A stretch of 64,000 nucleotides of DNA from assembly GCA_030265395.1 (NCBI GenBank), contig JARFYF010000017.1, positions 21,898,549 to 21,962,548 of the forward strand. The letters run 5' to 3'. This document shows positions 61,301 through 64,000 of the stretch, in pieces. The notes below the pieces were generated by a model. That model ran no database searches and was not told the origin of the DNA. It was given only the letters and a program-made list of their open reading frames with translations. Position 1 is the first letter of the stretch; every line of letters starts with the position of its first letter. The position numbers were made by a program, and so were the translations under genes. Origin of the DNA: Rhina ancylostomus. Lineage: Eukaryota.

Positions 61301-61931
61301 CTGGTGAATGGGAGGAAGCGTCGCTGTGCCAGGCTTTGTATTTCTATTGTGCAAAACAAGTGACAGTTTTTACAATGGTTTAGTGTGCGCCTGCCACCAG
61401 TTGCTAACCTTGTGCCTGTTTGTTGTGAGCTGTGATGTTCAACATCCTCCAGCTGCTGAATGTTTCAAACCAAAGGCTGCTGCTGTGTTGCAGGTTAGAT
61501 CTGATGGCATAACGTTAATTGTCTTTATGTGCATAGATGCCCAGCTGCTGAGGCATTGCTCCTTGATAGTTGCAACTAAAATTGACAAAATGCATTGATG
61601 GCATTGGATGCTTTTTGCAATGCTTCTGTCAACTACTTGAAGCTGCATGAGTCAGCTTCTCATGGGTTCATGCTGCTTTAAGTGCACCTATGAGAGCCTG
61701 TAAAAAAAAATTTCTGGTAAACTTGTCTGTTCTTGTTCCTTTTGTAATTTTGCTGAGGTGGGAATGCTACAGTAAACCTACCTTAGTAACTGATGTTGCA
61801 AGCTTAAGTTTATGGAGATCCCTGATGTGGAAACAACATGCTTATCTCCTGTATGACAGAGCAAAGTGCAACGAAAGAGAAGTCCCAGGAGAAAAGGAAA
61901 TGGTGGCATCCCTGGGCAAACCATGCGAAAG
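7199..61931 (+). CDS. PIEZO1: PIEZO1 mechanosensitive ion channel, partial multi-exon gene (human exons 6-30 equivalent; blade repeats, beam, lateral plug)
   Basis: 26 GT-AG exons splice in frame. PIEZO1-type motifs CTWWACHFP, SPLHGLGH, LLRQFVKEK, GPVDPANWFG, MERIRAKQEK. Many exon lengths (214, 261, 149, 177, 126, 201, 105, 244, 97, 90, 72) match those I recall for human PIEZO1. Confidence 0.96.
7939..8152 (+). CDS. PIEZO1: PIEZO1 exon 7
   Basis: ttgcag|GA...CCAG|gtaagg; GITVPSAFSGVYYLFFIGICTWWACHFP...PPGGLWSR; 214 nt. Confidence 0.96.
8484..8707 (-). pseudogene. antisense exon-like segment, 74 open codons
   Basis: ctctctactttcttatttacatatag|GT; DLNQRHMDQLPSLSDDTQANLTSGLLTP...PSTSVGTTFD*. 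Confidence 0.5.
10660..13218 (+). mobile_element. degenerate L2/CR1-clade LINE (endonuclease plus RT remnants), interrupted by a Penelope-derived insert at about 11070-11260
   Basis: VLGPTIPSCFINVLP...MLTDDCTMF (RT motifs), QQDLDNIQAWA, DQKLNWTSHIN; 3' tail caataaatg...aatgaatttaaaaaa. Confidence 0.85.
13245..13532 (-). pseudogene. antisense exon-like segment, 95 open codons
   Basis: ttgctcatttgttacacag|GTA; VTKKHVKGKPNLNLVCCTKPEIIEEIKVEEQNKNSAKVLEHESD... Confidence 0.5.
15047..15175. repeat. 63-bp tandem duplication (2 copies, 1 mismatch)
   Basis: tgaaagaggtcaaaagg(g/t)aggccaagtggcatcatattaaagaccatttgacaaaggaatt repeated at 15047 and 15110. Confidence 0.95.
16737..16875 (+). mobile_element. 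young tRNA-derived SINE, 5' part (runs into gap)
   Basis: ggcacagtagtgtagcggttagc...ggttcaattc...ctgtaaggagtttgta; same family as 59473-59921. Confidence 0.85.
20255..20346 (-). pseudogene. antisense exon-like segment, intact 92 nt
   Basis: cttcctgcttattgctgatttcag|T...ACAT|gtaagt; RFWPKDGPTDVLTLLLSGIKPVYKMACDTT; phase-compatible with upstream segment 20514-20590. Confidence 0.55.
21084..21252 (+). CDS. PIEZO1: PIEZO1 exon 8
   Basis: ttttag|G...ACA|gtaagt; LFGLKDIIHSNCSHPHELVLNVNHTWPAFANPAVLLLLYYTVASLLKL. Confidence 0.95.
22597..22689 (+). CDS. PIEZO1: PIEZO1 exon 9
   Basis: tttcag|AAG...AAA|gtaagc; KDIARKSGEEVELVNLDPWSMKQDESEDEAK; 93 nt, phase 0-0. Confidence 0.88.
23511..23607 (+). CDS. 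PIEZO1: PIEZO1 exon 10
   Basis: ttctag|CCA...TCTT|gtaagt; PMLQPASGEHSEGDSYTVHVIRGSGQPDAVES; phase 0-1 fits both neighbours. Confidence 0.85.
25040..25340 (+). mobile_element. tRNA-derived SINE (HE1/V-SINE-like)
   Basis: reverse-complement similarity to 265-605. Confidence 0.8.
25544..25650 (+). CDS. PIEZO1: PIEZO1 exon 11
   Basis: ttgcag|TA...ATG|gtgagt; SPLHGLGHMIMRQSYICTLIIMM. Confidence 0.94.
26741..27073 (-). pseudogene. antisense exon-like segment, 110 open codons
   Basis: tgtttctctctttag|AGC; SYVPGIFGVEDTNIDCLLKVTLPGDEVTLDPECQLRH...SVPKLRT*; the frame opens exactly at the acceptor. Confidence 0.6.
27669..27929 (+). CDS. PIEZO1: PIEZO1 exon 12
   Basis: ttccag|GTT...ATG|gtcagt; VWSITFHSWLTFVLLIWACLIWIVRSRRQLAMFCSPFILLYG; 261 nt. 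Confidence 0.96.
28720..29330 (+). mobile_element. highly decayed L2 LINE 3' region
   Basis: pyrimidine-rich remnant resembling the L2 RLDYCN...FKIL coding region. Confidence 0.55.
29612..29717 (+). CDS. PIEZO1: PIEZO1 exon 13
   Basis: perfect TACTAAC branch point at 29581-29587; cctcag|CTG...GCAG|gtgagt; LLYTLTFWLLLRQFVKEK. Confidence 0.95.
30767..30942 (+). CDS. PIEZO1: PIEZO1 exon 14
   Basis: ttacag|GC...CAG|gtgaga; LKALGEIVMSFYAKYWIYICGGMFFVVSFTGRIVVYKIVYM. Confidence 0.95.
31493..31641 (+). CDS. PIEZO1: PIEZO1 exon 15
   Basis: tgctag|GTT...AACA|gtatgt; WRKLLKLFWWLVVAYTMLVLISVYTFQF; 149 nt. Confidence 0.95.
33037..33210 (+). CDS. PIEZO1: PIEZO1 exon 16
   Basis: atccag|G...ACCG|gtagga; LGDMGLEKFGVSELFSSILIPAFFLLSCILQLHYFH. 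Confidence 0.94.
33409..34128 (-). pseudogene. antisense long reading frame with one internal stop
   Basis: Track ORFs 33703-34092 and 33409-33687 share one frame, separated by a single TAA plus 5 codons; about 240 codons in total. Confidence 0.5.
34489..34521 (+). CDS. PIEZO1: PIEZO1 candidate 33-nt symmetric microexon (between exons 16 and 17)
   Basis: long pyrimidine tract then acatatag|GCTGAAG...GAGGA|gtaagt; phase 2-2, open frame (R)LKENLAAHSE(E). Confidence 0.7.
35370..35935 (+). mobile_element. CR1-type LINE 3' fragment split by a MITE
   Basis: cagagggtggtgaacctttggaattctcta resumes after 35839 as cttcagctaactgcggaagctc...gaaattgatagaatttt. Confidence 0.8.
35526..35837. mobile_element. 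Tc1/mariner (Tigger-like) MITE
   Basis: imperfect TIRs caggctatcccaggttaagaa / ttcttacctggggacagcctg, flanked by TA at 35524-35525 and 35838-35839. Confidence 0.85.
35950..36330 (-). mobile_element. CR1-type LINE fragment
   Basis: tcttctaaactccagagaatacag...aaactgcacacaacacttcagg (reverse of LEYCVQFW-type coding). Confidence 0.75.
37008..37108 (+). CDS. PIEZO1: PIEZO1 exon 17
   Basis: acacag|A...GAAA|gtatgt; AAGTELLQNGAAEGTDCEDDDHPPAEGSRLEGE; phase 2-1. Confidence 0.85.
37691..37851 (+). CDS. PIEZO1: PIEZO1 exon 18
   Basis: ttgcag|TT...GAG|gtatga; NKWGLVIDRLLVLF...WRLLELHVMKLVALFSVWVALKE. Confidence 0.93.
38203..38379 (+). CDS. PIEZO1: PIEZO1 exon 19
   Basis: ttcaag|CCG (AAG acceptor)...ACG|gtagga; SVMNFLFIVLWAFAMPY...CKMLYQLKIVNP; 177 nt. 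Confidence 0.94.
38821..38946 (+). CDS. PIEZO1: PIEZO1 exon 20
   Basis: ctgcag|CTC...CAA|gtgagt; SALYRGPVDPANWFGFRK; 126 nt. Confidence 0.95.
39945..40300 (-). mobile_element. Penelope-like element, GIY-YIG endonuclease remnant
   Basis: TSSNLVHFIWCSRCGLLYIGEIKCRLG and EELHLISHLGSQQP in frameshifted minus-strand frames. Confidence 0.85.
40415..40615 (+). CDS. PIEZO1: PIEZO1 exon 21
   Basis: atccag|AAC...GAG|gtatgt; NHLLLLMLLIFEITVYRHQ...KYFSNFFFYRFGLE; 201 nt. Confidence 0.96.
41044..41206. repeat. tandem duplication, 86-bp period, 77 identical bp, running into gap
   Basis: agtctgaagggagggttcag...gccagagcata at 41044 and 41130. Confidence 0.9.
41442..41549 (+). CDS. PIEZO1: PIEZO1 exon 22, 3' part only (5' part in N gap)
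   Basis: RQAIARLWPKYCLFQSLFLLYQYLLCLGIPPALCI then ATAG|gtattg. Confidence 0.93.
   Translation, partial: NGRQLPGFGPSTASSSPFSCCTNTCCVWEFLQLSA
43817..43921 (+). CDS. PIEZO1: PIEZO1 exon 23
   Basis: ccacag|AT...TTCT|gtaagt; DYPWRWPSPITIHSSLIKWFYLPDF; 105 nt. Confidence 0.95.
47900..48152 (-). mobile_element. tRNA-derived SINE
   Basis: ggaggaaaccagagaaccc...aggattgaacctgggt...gtgaggcagc, similar to 265-605. Confidence 0.75.
51319..51475 (+). CDS. PIEZO1: PIEZO1 exon 24
   Basis: ctgcag|AT...GTCG|gtaagt; DFLLLMCVSLQWQVFIDE...NPVPNFIYCR. Confidence 0.95.
51861..52104 (+). CDS. PIEZO1: PIEZO1 exon 25
   Basis: ctgcag|A...TCG|gtgagt; YLDMLKTVVFRYLFWLV...TRISVFGLGYLLASF...KNMLS; 244 nt. Confidence 0.96.
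53244..53340 (+). CDS. PIEZO1: PIEZO1 exon 26
   Basis: ctacag|CTC...AATG|gtaaga; LLACVFLKQLQNNFCWMIQLLSLHCTIKGYYN; 97 nt. Confidence 0.95.
53963..54128 (+). CDS. PIEZO1: PIEZO1 exon 27
   Basis: tttcag|AA...CCAG|gtacag; CTLPVGEAGIVWDSICFFFLLLQRRIFLSYYF. Confidence 0.95.
54300..54790 (+). mobile_element. CR1-type LINE 3' fragment
   Basis: LEYCVQFWSPYLRKDILAIEGVQ; tttaggactgagatgaggagaaat. Confidence 0.88.
55439..55528 (+). CDS. PIEZO1: PIEZO1 exon 28 (beam)
   Basis: tcatag|G...GACA|gtaagt; GFQLFNASIIKNMNFLHEIEMKSKAQIKRQ; 90 nt. Confidence 0.94.
57008..57093 (+). CDS. PIEZO1: PIEZO1 exon 29 (beam end)
   Basis: tggtag|G...AAAG|gtacaa; MERIRAKQEKYRGERDSNDPSEKDEGDK. Confidence 0.92.
59473..59921. 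mobile_element. head-to-head inverted pair of young SINEs around a 100-N gap
   Basis: 59473-59661 is the near reverse complement of 59762-59921; ends aaattttatttacagc / gctgtaaataaaattt. Confidence 0.85.
60250..60585 (+). mobile_element. CR1-type LINE 3' fragment
   Basis: MFSLVGESRMQEHSLRIKECPFRTKVRGNFFSQRVLNLWNSL; FKAEIDRFLIGKGIQGYG. Confidence 0.9.
61860..61931 (+). CDS. PIEZO1: PIEZO1 exon 30 (72-nt lateral-plug cassette exon)
   Basis: tgacag|AG...AAAG|gtattt; EQSATKEKSQEKRKWWHPWANHAK versus human ...QWWRPWLDHAT; 72 nt, phase 1-1. Confidence 0.88.
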
Positions 61932-62559
61932 GTATTTAATGTGTGTGACTGCTTTGTGTCATATTGATCTAGCACAGTTTACTGCCTCAGTGTTTATATT
62001 TTATCCAAACCGGTAGTAAGCTGTATAGGAAGCACGTGGCAATGCATTTGGTTAAACTTTGGGCTTAACATTGTATGAATATTTCAGCTGCATTTCTCAT
62101 CGGTGTGTGGTTTGTGCTTGGTGTTTTACATGACCTAAAGCAAGTGAAATATTTTGAAATTCTACTGCATTTGCTCTAATCACATCTGACTGGGCCACCT
62201 GATCATGAGCTCTTTTATTATTTCCTTTTACTTTTTGTTACCACACATTCCACTTCACTCTCTCCTGCTCTGTTTACATTTTCTTGATACTTACTCACAA
62301 TTGTTGTCTGTTCTGGTTTCATATTATGGAGCTCACTCATGTCGACAGCTCTGATTTCCGTGAAGGCACAGTGCCCATGAAGTCAGCCGGACAATCAACC
62401 AAACCAACAACCAACAAATACCACAATGACATATAAATAAAATAAACTGTTAACAAGATATGGAGCAGATACAAATGTTACCATGTAAACCATCCTGAGC
62501 CACTCTCGCTGCCCTTCCATGCTCCTGGTATCGTCAGAAAACAAGGAATAGAATCCCAA

Positions 62560-63180
62560 GAGGAGGGCATAAAAATCAGGAACAGATTTAGCCCTTTGAT
62601 CCTGCTCCACCAATCATTCAGATTTATATTAGCTGTATTTTCCTGAGATATCCACAATGTCCCACGATTCTCTTTAATATCCCAAATTCTATTGATCTCT
62701 AATTTGGAAGAACTCAGTGACTAAGCCTCCACAGTCTTCCCGACATAGAGAGTCCCAAAGATTCACCACCCTTTGAATGAAGACGTCTCTCCACATTTCA
62801 GACCTAAATAGGCTGCCCCTTGTTCACAGGTTGTGACCACTTGGTTCCAAACACCTCGGCCAGGGAAAACCTCCTCCCTGCACCCAGCTGTCAAGCCCTG
62901 TAAGAATTTTTAAGCCTTTCATGCCTGCTGCACTGTTCAGTATCCCGAACAACAAGTAGGATTTCCTGCTCTGTCCCCATCCTCCATAATGATCTCAGCC
63001 TTGAAATTCTCTAATGGCAAAACATCCACGAGACTCAACAGTGGAGAATCCCGGAGATGTCCTCCCACTGAGGACAAAGTTCTCTACTCTGTTCTAAAAG
63101 GCTGACCATTTACTCTGAGATGATTTCCCTTCCCTTGTGATGTATTGGACCAGGCTGGACCAGGCTCCTTACCCAGAACC
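62560..63180 (-). mobile_element. two CR1-type LINE 3' fragments
   Basis: gcctccacag...cccaaagattcaccaccctttgaatgaaga, reverse of the CR1 3' end; second weaker copy near 63000-63180. Confidence 0.7.
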
Positions 63181-64000
63181 ACTGCTTCAGTCTCCATGCG
63201 CNNNNNNNNNNNNNNNNNNNNNNNNNNNNNNNNNNNNNNNNNNNNNNNNNNNNNNNNNNNNNNNNNNNNNNNNNNNNNNNNNNNNNNNNNNNNNNNNNNN
63301 NGGCCCCGGCGGGCCCCGGCCCCGGCCCCCCCCCCCCGGCTCCCGGCGCCCTGCGCGCCCTGACCGGGGGTGGACGGGGGGGGGGTTCATCTTGCCGGCT
63401 CTCCACCCCTTAAAAATGTCACATTCAGGGGCATCAGAAAGAGTTACATTTCAAGCAAATAACTTATTAAAACATTACATTTTTAATAAAACAAATTTTA
63501 TTAAAACAAAATACTTAAAAACATCAACTGGAAGCAAATTAATAAAAACTAAAGTAGCTTTATTCTTCTAATCTGCAAGACTGGAATCGCCATTGAAATC
63601 CATGGGCTTTTGAATCTTACACAAAGTCTAAGTGGCAATTTCGCAGAAAGACAATGCCCATGGGGAGTCCAGAGGTGAACTATAGTGACAGACCCATCTC
63701 CCTGAATCTATCAGTGAGTCCCAGGCCCCCAGTATGTCCATGAATTCTGGGGCTTACTTCAACTGAAATGGATGATGCCAGCTCGCACACAATTCAGGTC
63801 TATAAAGTTAATTCTACATTTTAAAATCTTGGTGCTACTTTATTTTTTTCAAGGACAGAAAAATGTTGACTGTAAGCTGAAGTTTCCTACTCGTGCCTTC
63901 ACACTACTAGTGACACTTCACTTTGTGTGATCAAGCTCCATTCCTTGGTGTGTTTCTGTGCAGTTTACAGTGTTGTTCATGGCCAATCTGCTAATCAGCA

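Noticed and set aside
7199-61931. Assignment as PIEZO2
   Set aside because: Diagnostic residues (CTWWACHFP, LLRQFVKEK, PVDPANWFG, short loops) match PIEZO1 rather than PIEZO2.
63302-63385. CpG island, G-quadruplex or promoter
   Set aside because: An extreme GC/homopolymer run directly beside a gap, most likely a low-quality contig end.

Overview
Vertebrate genomic DNA from a gapped short-read scaffold. The SINE, CR1, L2 and Penelope repeat content points to a cartilaginous fish (shark or ray; inference). The plus strand carries the middle of a PIEZO1 mechanosensitive channel gene. I traced 26 GT-AG exons by hand from 7199 to 61931 with consistent splice phases. They correspond to human exons 6-30 plus one extra 33-nt microexon and encode about 1250 codons; one exon lies partly in an N gap. 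Both ends of the gene are outside the window. The most unexpected signal is on the minus strand. Non-repetitive intron sequence repeatedly shows a strong 3' splice site followed at once by 30-110 open codons, often with a good donor, but with scattered stops and frameshifts. This looks like a decayed multi-exon gene interleaved antisense through PIEZO1 introns 5-23. Several fragments carry RGS22/RGSL1-like motifs in collinear order (recalled from memory, not searched). Other points of note: a PIEZO2-like 33-nt microexon in PIEZO1, a Leu-to-Lys change at the beam pivot, and a diverged 72-nt lateral-plug cassette exon. Exon numbers follow human PIEZO1 as I recall it, and repeat boundaries are approximate.
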